DNA of 64,000 nucleotides, taken from assembly GCA_002269645.1 (NCBI GenBank), contig NIVC01002097.1, positions 124,001 to 188,000 of the forward strand, given 5' to 3'. Positions 25,711-36,943 of this stretch are shown in pieces. Under the pieces are notes generated by a model. The model made no database searches. It saw only the letters and a list, made by a program, of their open reading frames with translations, and was not told the DNA's origin. Made by a program: the position numbers and the translations under genes. The stretch's first letter is position 1. Each line of letters starts with the position of its first letter. The DNA is from Macrostomum lignano. Taxonomy: Eukaryota.

Positions 25711-28700
25711 TCCTTATTACCCGACTTGTGATAATCAAGGAGCACTCACTTCTAGCTCTGTAGCTAGGCAACCCAGTAATAAAATGAAGAGATCTCTTGA
25801 GTAGTCCTCGATCGTTGACTGTAGTTCTGGTACGGTTCTCAGTTGACCAATAGATCAATTGGCCAGGCGCTTTGTCTCTTCAGTAGTCCTGGTCCAGGTT
25901 CTTCTTCTCGGAATTGTCGTCGGCCGGTATCTGTAGTTCGGACCAATAGGAAGCTTCCAATTACAATGGGTACCCTGCGCCAAACTGCGGTCTTAATTAA
26001 GCCTCCTTCTTCTAGCAGTGCCTCTATGCACTCTAGGAATAGCTCCGGAAACCACTGATAGTCTTCTAAGATCTATCAGGGGCAGTCCTTCTGGAGACTG
26101 CAACCAGTGGAGTCTAAACCGACTCAAGAGTCTCAACAGACTCAACTAAACTCAAGTCACACTAGACTTGAGCGAGACGTCTCTAACAACAACGGGCGCA
26201 AATAAGGAAGGCTTACCGCAACAATCGACCGAGTCTTGGTCCAGGAAGTCCGACTGTGGCTTCCTCTTCGGAGCTCTTCTCCTTCCGGAGGAATTGTTGG
26301 CTCTGGGTCCGTTCCGGACCACTTGTATTTATAGGCGTTCAGACCTCTCTCGAGGTCGTACATCACTGTCTTCGCAAATGTCAAAGGGTCACGATTCGGT
26401 GGCTGTCAAGCATGACAGGGTAGAAAGTTGCGCAACTAGTCTACTGTAAAAGCGCATGATTGGTTACCGTAGCTGGTAGACTTTGATTGGTTCAACCGGT
26501 GCAACCCGAGTGCAAACCAAATGATGACTTGAAGGTGGGGTTTGAATTGACAGTTGTTGGTCGCACGTGATTGGGTGATTTCTAAAATTAGCATGCTCGA
26601 GATTTCTCTCTTTCTATTGGTTAATTCGAATATATGTATGGTTCAGCGCATATCCTTTATACATGCTCCTCAATTTACTACTATTTAAGTAGTACGTTAA
26701 CAATTTTAAATAACTTTTCAGGGAGATATAATACTCTACACCGACCCGAAGCGTGCCCTGGCATACAACTGGGGCTCGATGACAATGAGCCTCACGGTCT
26801 CCGGCGCCACCCGGAAGATCTGATTAGCCAAGGATGGCAGTAGCTCGACGGGCGGAACCTCATTGCCGACCTCGCCGGTTTTGCTCACGCCGACGTTCAA
26901 CTCGCTTCCTCGCTCGCTTCCCTGCCCTCGCTTGGTTCTGCTGCTGTTGGCCGCCTCAGCAGTTAAGCGGCTCTCCAACTACACCACAGGGAGGTTGCGG
27001 AATTTATCTGCACCGCGGTGCAAATATAATAAGTCAAGAGAAACAGACGGCGCTCGTGTACCTCACCATAGCGCTCCAGAGCATATCACGAGGAAAGTCC
27101 GATAGGCCGTCACACAGCAGCTAATTTCGTGTCGCGGTTGACGTTGATCGCCATGATGGAGAAAAAGCATGCATACTATATTTTGTACATACATCATGTC
27201 AGTATGTTTGTAGTTGGACAGCTTCTACATGTACATGTACATAGTTGATAACGGGCCCTGGGGTACCAAATTCAATAATAACAACACAGATTCCGAAAAT
27301 ATTTCCTTTCCGTTTCGTCTTCGTCCCCATACGTACATGTTCATGTAAAATTTAGGGCGACGCCTGACAGCTTATACAGTCGCATACGAGACTTGTACAT
27401 GTGCATACAGGTACCCAACCAGGTGAAACTGTGGAAATTGCATGGCTCTTCGTTTGAACAGGCAAACATGGCAAATGTCAACACAGGCATCTATTTTTAT
27501 AGCCAAACACGTTTCGTGACACTACTTCTTCAGAGCACGTACCATATAATGCACCGCGAGTACATTTATATTTCAAAATGGCTCAAGAAAATGATTTACA
27601 AGCCCTAAAAGTGGAATCCGAAAGAAAGCACAGGGTGAACAAGAAAACATAATGAACAGTACATGTACTACCACCTTGTCTATTAATACTTCGTAATAAT
27701 ATCAATTCTGCGTAATTCGCTCGTTTCCCTCAACTGTGCAAATACGTAAGCAGTCAATGTAGCAAGCAACTTTGGCTAGTTGCTTGCGAGTGTTTTATGT
27801 AGTTAGCCAGAATTCAGCTCAAAAAAGGAGTCGAGTGTGGCTGTGCCTGTGTACAGTTGCGCCCCCCCCCCCCAGTCTGCGCCGCCACTGCCTGTGTATT
27901 TATTGTCTGACTGAACCGGTTTTCTGTTCCATCAGAGTGCACACGGTGATATGCTCGAGTCAGGGAATCGGGTAGACTGCAGAGTCACTGCAGGTGCAAA
28001 CTGCCTCTCTCTGGGCGAGCCCATTGTTGCAGCGTGGATGTTCAATAAAACCGAAGTGAGACGAGAGCCCATTGTTGCACCCAAGCGCGTGTATGCGCTG
28101 AGCACTCCGAAAAAAATTTCTTTTATTCGCAGCCAGACTTCCTGCGCAGTCTGCGTCTCTGTGTGCAAAGCACTATTGTAATGGTAAACCTAAATAATAA
28201 AAAACCATAAAAACCAGACTTAACTAATATAATGCAGTTTTTTGACTCACTACTGCATTATTTACATGACCATGTTAAATTTAGGTAAATGGCGCGTTTA
28301 GCAGTGATTTCAAAGGATCTAAACTCGAAAAGCCCCTCTTTTAGTTCGACTTTCAAGCGACACAGAAAGTTCACCCAATGCCATCGGCATGATCCTCGCT
28401 AAGGGCCTCAGCACAATACCAGCATAGAGCAGCTGCTCGAGTCAAATATTGTTTAAATCAATTATAAAATAGGGATGAACAGTCTGAATAGTATTTTGAT
28501 AAATATGAGCCGTTAAATAAAGAGGGGTTATGCTGTTGTGAGCTGAGTATAAAATATTAAGCTGGTGAACGCACTTTTCGTATAATTTAAAAATCATATC
28601 CTAAGTTTTCGTATGCCATGATGCGATTAATTTTTGCGCTGCGATTGAAGCGACTTTCGTTTTCCAATATTCGCAAGTTTAATTTTACAATCGCCAAGAA

Positions 28701-28853
28701 GAGGACATGAATAAGTCAAAGTCGTAAATTTGCACAAAGGGCTATTGACCCTTTGATCTTTCTATTGACGTGAAAATTCGAATCAACCATTTTAACGGCA
28801 AAGAATTAAATGGTTTAAAAATCTAGCGATGCAAAGTATATCAGCACGGAGTC

Positions 28854-30050
28854 TCAAAAATTTTCCGAGCTGACATTCAGCCGCATCTGCGGGTCGATGT
28901 ACACCTCGTCCAGCTGCCTGGAGAGCGTGTTGTGCTCGCAAATCCACTCGCCAGGACTGCGTCGATAGCGCAGCCTGCGGGGCGCCAGAGCCGACATCCG
29001 GTAGAACGACACGGCCTGGAAGCAGCTCCCCACCTTCACCGGCGGCAGGCTGCGCGGCGCGAACCGAACCGACTTCTCGTAGTCGACCACCGGGTACTTT
29101 TTGTCCTCGCCGAAGTGCTTGTTCGAGTAGAAGCTCAGCGTGCACGGGTCGTACAGGTGGGTGTTGAAGGTGGAATGCGCGCACAGCTGCTGCAGCTTAG
29201 GCTTGGCCGCAAAGTAGTAAAGTCCCTGGGTGATGCTGTCCAGATCCCACTCTTTCCAGCTGATGTCCGGATCCATTATCAACAGAAACGTTGCTCGATC
29301 GGCCAGGTGATCGTAGATGTAGTCCATGTACATGTTGCGCAGGGCGGACATCATCAAGCCGCGCTCGACCTCCTCCGGGAAGCTGCGGTAGTGATACGGA
29401 CCGGGCCGGTGCTCGCGCTTGGTGCTGTATCGGTAGTTGGTCTTGCACGGCAGCGGGGAGTTGATCCGGCCGCAGCCCAGCAGCCATATGTTGGGATCAG
29501 TCAACGTCATGTTGTACAAGAAGCTGCGGGTCAAGTCTGTCGATTCGTTTTCCACCATCACCACCCAGGACTCACTGAACAGAGCTCTGAGGCGCTGAAC
29601 GTAATGCATGGTGCTCGGTAGGCCGGCCATGCCGTTGCGCACCGTGGCTGCTACCACCACCGACTGGCTGCGGATCCAAGCCCTGCCAGCTGCTGCTCGG
29701 TACGCCCAGTTCTCCTCGTCCTTGGAGAGCCGCATGAGCGGCAGCAGCACGCCCTGTCTGTCGAAGCGGTACATAGACTCATCCATGCTGCGGAACAATT
29801 CCTTGTAATTCTCATAAAATTCGTAGCGCTGCAGCGTTTTTGGCAGCCCGATTTTAGCAGCTGAAGAACTTGAATAAATTGTATTTACATGTACATGTTG
29901 TCGGTTGTACAGACTAAACAGGGCGAAAGTGACCACAGCTCCGACGCACAAGCCACTCAGAAATGGGAGTTTGATTGACAGGAGGAAACATGTGCCTCCT
30001 CTGTCTCTTTGTGAGCAGATGAGACTTCTCCGATTGCAGAGAGCTCGCAT
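28854..30050 (-). CDS. Type II membrane GT-A-fold glycosyltransferase-like protein (CAP59/CMT1-like), single exon, 398 aa
   Basis: N-terminal TM segment (LPFLSGLCVGAVVTFALFSLY), then VVVAATVRN, VENESTDLT, MSALRNMY, DxD-like IMDPD, VKVGSCFQAVSFYR and WICEH...VYIDPQM. Confidence 0.72.
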   Translation of the reverse strand: MRALCNRRSLICSQRDRGGTCFLLSIKLPFLSGLCVGAVVTFALFSLYNRQHVHVNTIYSSSSAAKIGLPKTLQRYEFYENYKELFRSMDESMYRFDRQGVLLPLMRLSKDEENWAYRAAAGRAWIRSQSVVVAATVRNGMAGLPSTMHYVQRLRALFSESWVVMVENESTDLTRSFLYNMTLTDPNIWLLGCGRINSPLPCKTNYRYSTKREHRPGPYHYRSFPEEVERGLMMSALRNMYMDYIYDHLADRATFLLIMDPDISWKEWDLDSITQGLYYFAAKPKLQQLCAHSTFNTHLYDPCTLSFYSNKHFGEDKKYPVVDYEKSVRFAPRSLPPVKVGSCFQAVSFYRMSALAPRRLRYRRSPGEWICEHNTLSRQLDEVYIDPQMRLNVSSENF

Positions 30051-31226
30051 AGCTGACCGTCAAGCATCCGTTTTAGTGCTTGATGAGACGTGCCGGTATT
30101 TGTCGTTTGTATTTGTCAGTGATGAAGTATCGAATCAGAGACTTTCCGCTGTTTTTTTAGGAATCTTAACACCTTCTAGCAATATATAAAAAATTTTTCA
30201 CCCTTTCGTAGGCGCAAAGGCGCAAAAATTATTTGAGATTGCTACCATAGTAAAACAAAGTAATCAACCTTTTTTTGTACTTCGTAGGTTGGAATTAACT
30301 TTTAATGTCTCTGAGTGTGTATTCCCATGATATGATGACAACGATTAAAATAATTTAGGTGTACTCATAAATTATCTTTTCGTTCGTTTTCACTTGATTT
30401 TTAAACATTACGCAGTTCGGTTTTTTAATTAGACCTAGGCTTAACCTAGCCTAACCTCTTGCTAGGTCAAGTAAGGCAAGGGAGAGTTGGGACGGGATGG
30501 TTAGGGTTAGGCCCTAGCCCCTAGGCCATGGCTTAAGCTTAAGTAATGGATGCTGTATTGCTGAGATACTATCATTGTGTATATCAACCCATTTAGAATT
30601 CTAATTTCTAGGATGCTGAGCCTAAACCAAAAGGCCAAAGACAAGGCTTAAACTCAAAAGGGGTGCTTAGGTGCTAGGCCCCTAATATCTATCTAGGCCC
30701 TAGGGCTTGGTCATGAATTCTCATTTTTCATTGGTCATGAAAATTTCGAATTTTGTGATTAGGAAGGCCTAGGCCTAATGTCTTAATAAAATCACTTTGT
30801 AATTTTTTATTTAATTTAAATTATTATGTTATATTATATTTTTTATATCACTGAGGTAGCACTTTTGTGTTTGACTATATATGACCTTGTGTGAGTGTAT
30901 ACCATAGTTTAGATTGTGTATTCAGGGTTTTTTTTGTGCGCAGAGTGTGCGTATGCACCCTAAATTTTAAAATCGCACCCTGAAATTAAAAAAGTAGGTG
31001 CGGTTTAGGTGCGGTCTTATAACCATTTTTCTTTAAAGGCTTAACCATGCTTAAGCTATTTTTTATGCACTGCCTTAAAATATGAAACAAAATAACTCTT
31101 TAAATCCTATTAAGTCATATAGGCGATATAGCCTATAGCTATAGCCTTATGTAAGATATTAAAATATACATTCCCAGTTGTCTGAAATGTGAGCAATGTG
31201 AGGGTTTCACGAGAGACATTCAGACA

Positions 31227-31598
31227 AAGGCTCCCCAAAACACGCCCCGCACCGGGCCCCGAACTGCTACACATTATAACATTTTTTGTCAATGCAGTAT
31301 TTGATTGCAAGGAAAAGTTAAAATAGTAATGGAATAAATATCTTTATTTATTTTTTTAAATATTATTATTTTTTATATTCTCGTTTTCATTATTAAATTA
31401 TAATATTATTATTTTATTAATATTATTATTAATATCACTTATTGTTCACCGAATTTTATATTTCAAAGTAAAAAAACTAAATTTAATAAAAACTTGAAGC
31501 TTAACAGAAAATGCATTCTGAAGTGTCTTTAGTTATAGTCCAATTTGTTTTAATGTGTAGCGCTGCAGGGCGGTGCGGGGCGTGTTTTAGGGAGACCC
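31227..31598. mobile_element. Mutator-like MITE (372 bp)
   Basis: ~28-bp imperfect TIR (..CTCCCYAAAACACGCCCCGCACCG) and 9-bp TSD ATTCAGACA (31218-31226 / 31599-31607). Confidence 0.82.
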
Positions 31599-32203
31599 AT
31601 TCAGACAGACATTCAAAATGATTGTCTGTAACTTCAAACAAAATTGACCCGCTTCAACCATCTTTTTGGCAAATACTTACGCAAGTGTTGGGCGTCGAAT
31701 AAGCTTTAATTTATTAACTGAAGTAAAAATCCTTCTGACATACATTGATTTAAAAATTGCTTAGCAACACTAGCTCTGATTAGAAATCGCTTTACTGTTG
31801 ACTAAAATTGTTTTGATCGTAGCAGCCTAAAAGCAGATACTGGATTTAAAAATGCTTCGATTTACTCTATACTCATGTCTCAGCTTTAAAATGACACCTC
31901 AGGCATCGCAAAAGACAGCTTTGATGCTGAGATATTCGACACTAAACATGCATTGCTTTGCGCAATCTCACATTCAGAAATTTCACTGATTTTTTGCCGA
32001 TATTTGTGCAGTTGCCATGTCCTTGTTTTTCATCAGAATCTTGTCAAATTCTAGTCATGTCTATACGCATGTCTCAGCTTTAAAATGACACCTCAGGCAT
32101 TGCAAAAGACAGCTTTGATGCTGAGATATTCGACACTAAACATTGCTTTGCTCAAACTCACATTCGGAAACTTCACTGATTTTTATTCAATATTTGTTCA
32201 GAT

Positions 32204-32500
32204 CATACATGCGCAACAGTCGGCCGAGTCGGCCGATCCGGCCGACCGATTTGGTGGCCAACCAAGGAAGTCGCAAAAATGCCAACCCGAAAAAACACCG
32301 AGTAGTAGTACTAAGTAGCTGACGAGGCATTTTGGCTTTATAAGACAGTCATAGTTACTCCTGCCGTTTACCCAAAGTTGCGTTAATTTTGCTTTCGGGT
32401 TTTTTTACATGTAAGTCGCATTTTTGGCCAAAAACTACGTCGCATTTTTGTTAAAACTAAGTCGCATGGCCGACCGAAATTTGGAGGTTGCGCATGTATG
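32204..32500. mobile_element. MITE with TIR CATACATGCGCAAC (hAT or P superfamily), 297 bp
   Basis: Perfect 14-bp TIR and 8-bp TSD GTTCAGAT (32196-32203 / 32501-32508). Confidence 0.85.
32310..32373 (-). other. 28S rRNA-like fragment (H69-H71/R2 target region), copy 1
   Basis: GGGTAAACGGCAGGAGTAACTATGACTGTCTTATAAAGCCAAAATGCCTCGTCAGCTACTTAGT versus the canonical GGGTAAACGGCGGGAGTAACTATGACTCTCTTAAGGTAGCCAAATGCCTCGTCATCTAATTAGT (recalled). Confidence 0.75.
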
Positions 32501-33385
32501 GTTCAGATGCTTGTCTACTTCTCCATTTATTAACCATCGCATGGAGCCTTGCTAACGTACAAGTGTATGTAGTTACAGTAAATGGGGTTTTTGTGACTCA
32601 CTTAAACTTGTTTACGCATTCTGCAGCTATTCGCCGCCTTTCATTGGAGTGATTCATGGAGTCCAGTTGATAAATTTCCACAAATTGGACTGCTTCTACG
32701 TCAGATCTCAACATTTGGAACCGTCCTTGAACTATTTCAGAGTTAAGTGAGCTAATGGCATCAAATGGAAGGCTAGTGCTCGTACTTGTAAGCGAAGCAG
32801 GTTCACAATTGAAATGGTTATATTCATGGCCATGGGATCTAAACTGATCTGTTTTACTTTCACGATCGCTTTGGTCTCAGAAGGAGCAGCAGTTGATGGA
32901 CTGAGGTGAGAAGAAGATGTGTCACAACTTGAGCTGTTTATAGAAAATATCTTTATCCAATTAAATATTTTCATGCGGCTCCTTAGGTTGTTCCGAATTC
33001 CGAGTCTAGAAGTCAAGACAAAAAAAGTTAAGAACTGCTACTGTAGTCCGTAGGGATTGGAAAGCTTAGCAGTACATTAGAAATCGCCAGTTCAATCTAA
33101 AAAGTTTGAAGTACATATAGCTATTGGGTTGCAACAACAGTAGAAAAAATTCTTCCTTTTTATTTTATTCCCACCGCTTACCTCATTCCGATTTGGATAG
33201 CAGAATTGCCACGCAAAAAAAGTAAAAACATAACAATAAACTATTTGCTTCATATTAATTGCCACTGACTGTTAATAAACGCGACGTCAATTTCTCTCAA
33301 TAACAGTTGGAACTACACAACCTGCGCCACGCTGTGAAATGACTTACCTGTGAAAGAAACCCTAAAGCAAAATTAACGCAGTTTT

Positions 33386-33449
33386 GGGTAAACGGCAGGA
33401 GTAACTATGACTGTCTTATCAAGCCTAAATGCCTCGGCATCTAATTAGT
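33386..33449 (+). other. 28S rRNA-like fragment (H69-H71/R2 target region), copy 2
   Basis: GGGTAAACGGCAGGAGTAACTATGACTGTCTTATCAAGCCTAAATGCCTCGGCATCTAATTAGT. Confidence 0.78.
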
Positions 33450-35207
33450 ACCGCGCCGCGCCGTACTAATCGCCGCGCGCCGTACGCGCCGCGCCGCGCC
33501 GTATTAGATCCGCGCCGGACGCCGTCCGCCAAAATGCCCATGCGCTGCAATCAGGTTGGAACATGTTTCTCGTACACTCGTATATTTATTTGAACCGCAA
33601 AGCGGTGAAAAAGTCATGATTGGTTGCCATATGTACAAATGTACACTCACAGACTCACTGACTCAGGTACAATCTATGCAATATAAAGGCAGGAATCATT
33701 AAAAATCAAATACTTAAGACAGTTTAAGAGAAGTCCAGGTTTAAACTGGACATGACTAGAATTTGACAAGTTTCTGATGAAAAACAAGGACACGGCAACT
33801 GCACAAATATCGACAAAAAATCAGTGAAATTTCTGAATGTGAGATTGCGCAAAGCAATGCATGTTTAGTGTCAAATATCTCAGCATCAAAGCTGTCTTTT
33901 GCGATGCCTGAGGTGTCATTTTAAAGCTGAGACATGCGTATAGAGTAAATCGAAGCATTTTTAAATCCAGTATCTGCTTTTAGGCTGCTACAATCAAAAC
34001 AATTTTAGTCAACAGTAAAGCAATTTCTAATCAGAGCTAGTGTTGCTAAGCAATTTTTAAATCAATGTATGTCAGAAGGATTTTTACTTCAGTTAATAAA
34101 CTAAAGCTTATTCGACGCCCAACACTTGCGTAAGTATTTGCCAAAAAGATGGTTGAAGCGGGTCAATTTTGTTTAAAGTTACAGACGATCGTTTCGAATG
34201 TCTGTCTGAATATCTCTCGTGAAACCCTCACATTCTAAACAAGACTCAAGAGAAATTGCACTCTGAGCCTTAAAATCGCACCTTGAAATTTGGCACAAGG
34301 TGCGATTTCGCACCTTATCTCTGGCGAAAAAAAAAACCCAGTGTGTATTAGTATACACTAGGTTTAATGTTAGAAAGAATTACAAGACCTTGTTTATTTG
34401 CTGGGTTTGTGCACTAATACAAAAAAATTATCATTTGACATAATATATCTACTGTGTGTCATATATGCTGGGATATACCCTAGTGTATGCTGAAAAATGG
34501 TAAGACCCTTGTTGTATACTCGGAAATCCTGGCATATATGTTGCCTTCCAAACTAGTATATGGCCAAAGGTAGTGCATGTAATAAAACTAATAAGTAGCA
34601 TATAGTGTCCTAGTATTTGAATGATAATATCCTCTGCTATGTTTGCTTTGTTGTCTTGTAAATGATACCTTGGATTTCCTCATAATCTACCATATGTCTT
34701 TGAGTATAGCACTTATAGCCTACTTTATGTCTAAGCCTTCTCTTCTTGGTTAGGCATTCTATATGGCTCAAATATACTAGCAGAATAGGTCCCCATTTTG
34801 CACATCTTTCAATGGCTATATACATTGTATTGGATGCTTGATTGAGACAGCTAATGGTCTACCTCTGTTTTTTATATAGTCACAAAAGTGCATCTAGTGC
34901 ATGTTCAATAGATTTGCTAGGGACATATTTGATTTGCATCTGAAATTGCTAAAGGTAAAGTTCTAAGTGTCTAGGCCCTAGTTGCTATGGAAGATTCTCC
35001 ATATAAGCAGTCTTCTAAATAGAATATGATTTACTTAATAGAGTAGGTCTTTGTGCCAAGTATAAGAATTGCTCCAATGTTCTAAGTGTTATATATTGCT
35101 AGAAGTTCTAGATAGGTGATAGCATATGTAGCATCTTATAGCATCTTGTAGCTACTCATATTTACTAATAAAAGCTATGGGCCACTCATTACCATGTCAT
35201 CTTTTTG

Positions 35208-35379
35208 CATGCTTGGGCGCAACCTTGGGATTCACTCGGCCGTTTCTATTGGCAACACACACATGTAAGTCGCTATTGGACGGAAAAGTAGTCACGTGAC
35301 TGGTATCAGCCAATAGCGACTTACATGTGCGTGTTGCCAATAGAAACGGCCGGGTGATTCCCAAAGTTGCGCATGTATG
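35208..35379. mobile_element. Hairpin MITE sharing the GTTGCGCATGTATG terminus, 172 bp
   Basis: 8-bp TSD TCTTTTTG (35200-35207 / 35380-35387); the interior is almost entirely self-complementary. Confidence 0.8.
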
Positions 35380-35600
35380 TCTTTTTGTGACAGCATAGTG
35401 CCTATTCCCTATGTGGAAATGTTGCTAGTTACTATGAACTATTTGCTAAAATCTAAGACTAGTTGCATAGTTTCTGATGATATAGCAAATTAATTAGATG
35501 TAACATGATAATCATGTTGCTTGCTTGATATGATGACTAAACTCTACACTGACCTTGATCTAGCACTTTTTCTTTTTACATGTAGCAGTATGGTGTTGTC

Positions 35601-36245
35601 TAGTGTTCCGCCATAAGGAGGGTCCATGTACCATAGCTGTAGCCATAAGCAAAACTACAGCTTATTCCAATCCTCCATATTCTATAGCCGTAGGGACCCC
35701 AAAATTACCATATTCCCATAGTTCCCGTAGCTATAGCCATAGTTTTAACAAAAAGTCTAAAAAATAAAATATTTTGAATCAAGACAATAACCTAGTGCTT
35801 AAACAACAGCAAATTAAATTAGAAAATAAAAGAAACACTTGATTGCCTTTGTAAGATTATATTTTGTCTTTTTTCAGAGCAACAATGCTTAATCATTACT
35901 GAAAGTACTAATGCTAAACTTTTTCACATTAATAAAAATTAGAGTTTGCTAGTGTTTTATTGTACTTTTTTAGTTATATTTTATAAGTTTCTAGGTTGAT
36001 AATACAGTTTACTAAAAGTATTTTTGTTTTACTCTAACTGTTTCTAATATTTTTTTCAATTTTTTAACATTAATAACTACAGCTATGGGAATCTACCAAA
36101 TGTGACAGCAACTACCATATTTCTGTAGTCGTAGCCATAAGAGCAGCTAGCTACCATAGGCATACCCGTAGCTGCCATAGGCACCTATTTTACCATATTT
36201 GCCATAGGATCTCGTAGCCATAGCTACGGCTACGGTGGAACACTA
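35601..36245. mobile_element. hAT-like MITE (TAGTGTTCC termini), 645 bp
   Basis: TIR TAGTGTTCCGCC / GGTGGAACACTA and 8-bp TSD GTGTTGTC (35593-35600 / 36246-36253). Confidence 0.85.
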
Positions 36246-36943
36246 GTGTTGTCTAGCATGATTCTGATAGTCAGGGAACTAGATATAATAGGTTTTAGTC
36301 AAGCAAGCAAGTTAGTTGACAAAATGCAGAGCAATGCATGGTTTGAGTGGGGCAAGGTTATCTGGACAGGGTAAGGCTATTGGCTTGGCCCTCAAACTTC
36401 AACTTTGTTATTTGTCCTTTAGTATAAAGCTGGTGGTCTGACTGGATAGCCTTGGTCAAGATGAAAGCTAGCCACCATTTTTTGCTGCAATGCAATAATG
36501 AAATTGTAATGAAATGAAGTGGTATAGGCCTGTGACAAAAGGACTATGAACCCAATAAATATATACTTAGAAAGTAGTTTTATGCTTGAGCAAAAATAAT
36601 GAAAAATCATGTTTACTTATTACTTTTTTCATGCAAAGTTGCCACAATCTGTTTTTTCACTAATATCAATGATTTTTGCCTTGTATATAGTGACCCAGGT
36701 AATGATAAAATTTGAATAGTATCAATATTGACTATAATCTAGACATATTAGTTGTGAAATTTTCCTTATTTACTTGCAATAATAATCTTTGATTATAAAG
36801 TTAGTATTTTCCAAAGCCAATTTTTTTACCTTTTTGTTGCAAAAAGTCTTTCAAATGTCTAAATTTAACTGCTTACTATATAAATTTTTATGCAGTTATA
36901 AATAATCATATTTTCATGAACAAACCCTGATTTAGTGCGGCTA

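Larger units (their letters stand above)
31195..34234. repeat. Long (~490-bp) inverted repeat pair: 31195-31226 + 31608-32061 vs 33749-34234
   Basis: The arms are near-identical reverse complements; the left arm is interrupted by a MITE. No TSD found. Confidence 0.85.
30923..34341 (+). mobile_element. Non-autonomous hAT-like element with nested insertions
   Basis: Ends CAGGGTTTTTTTT... / ...AAAAAAAAAACCCAG with perfect 8-bp TSD TGTGTATT (30915-30922 / 34342-34349). Confidence 0.8.

Noticed and set aside
25780-27130. Short ORFs and exon-like segments upstream of the RTE LINE (candidate MFS first exon)
   Set aside because: No MFS TM1-like sequence or other recognisable motif could be identified.
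32310-33449. Annotation as true rRNA genes
   Set aside because: Only ~64 nt long, the H69 pairing is disrupted, and there is no flanking rDNA.
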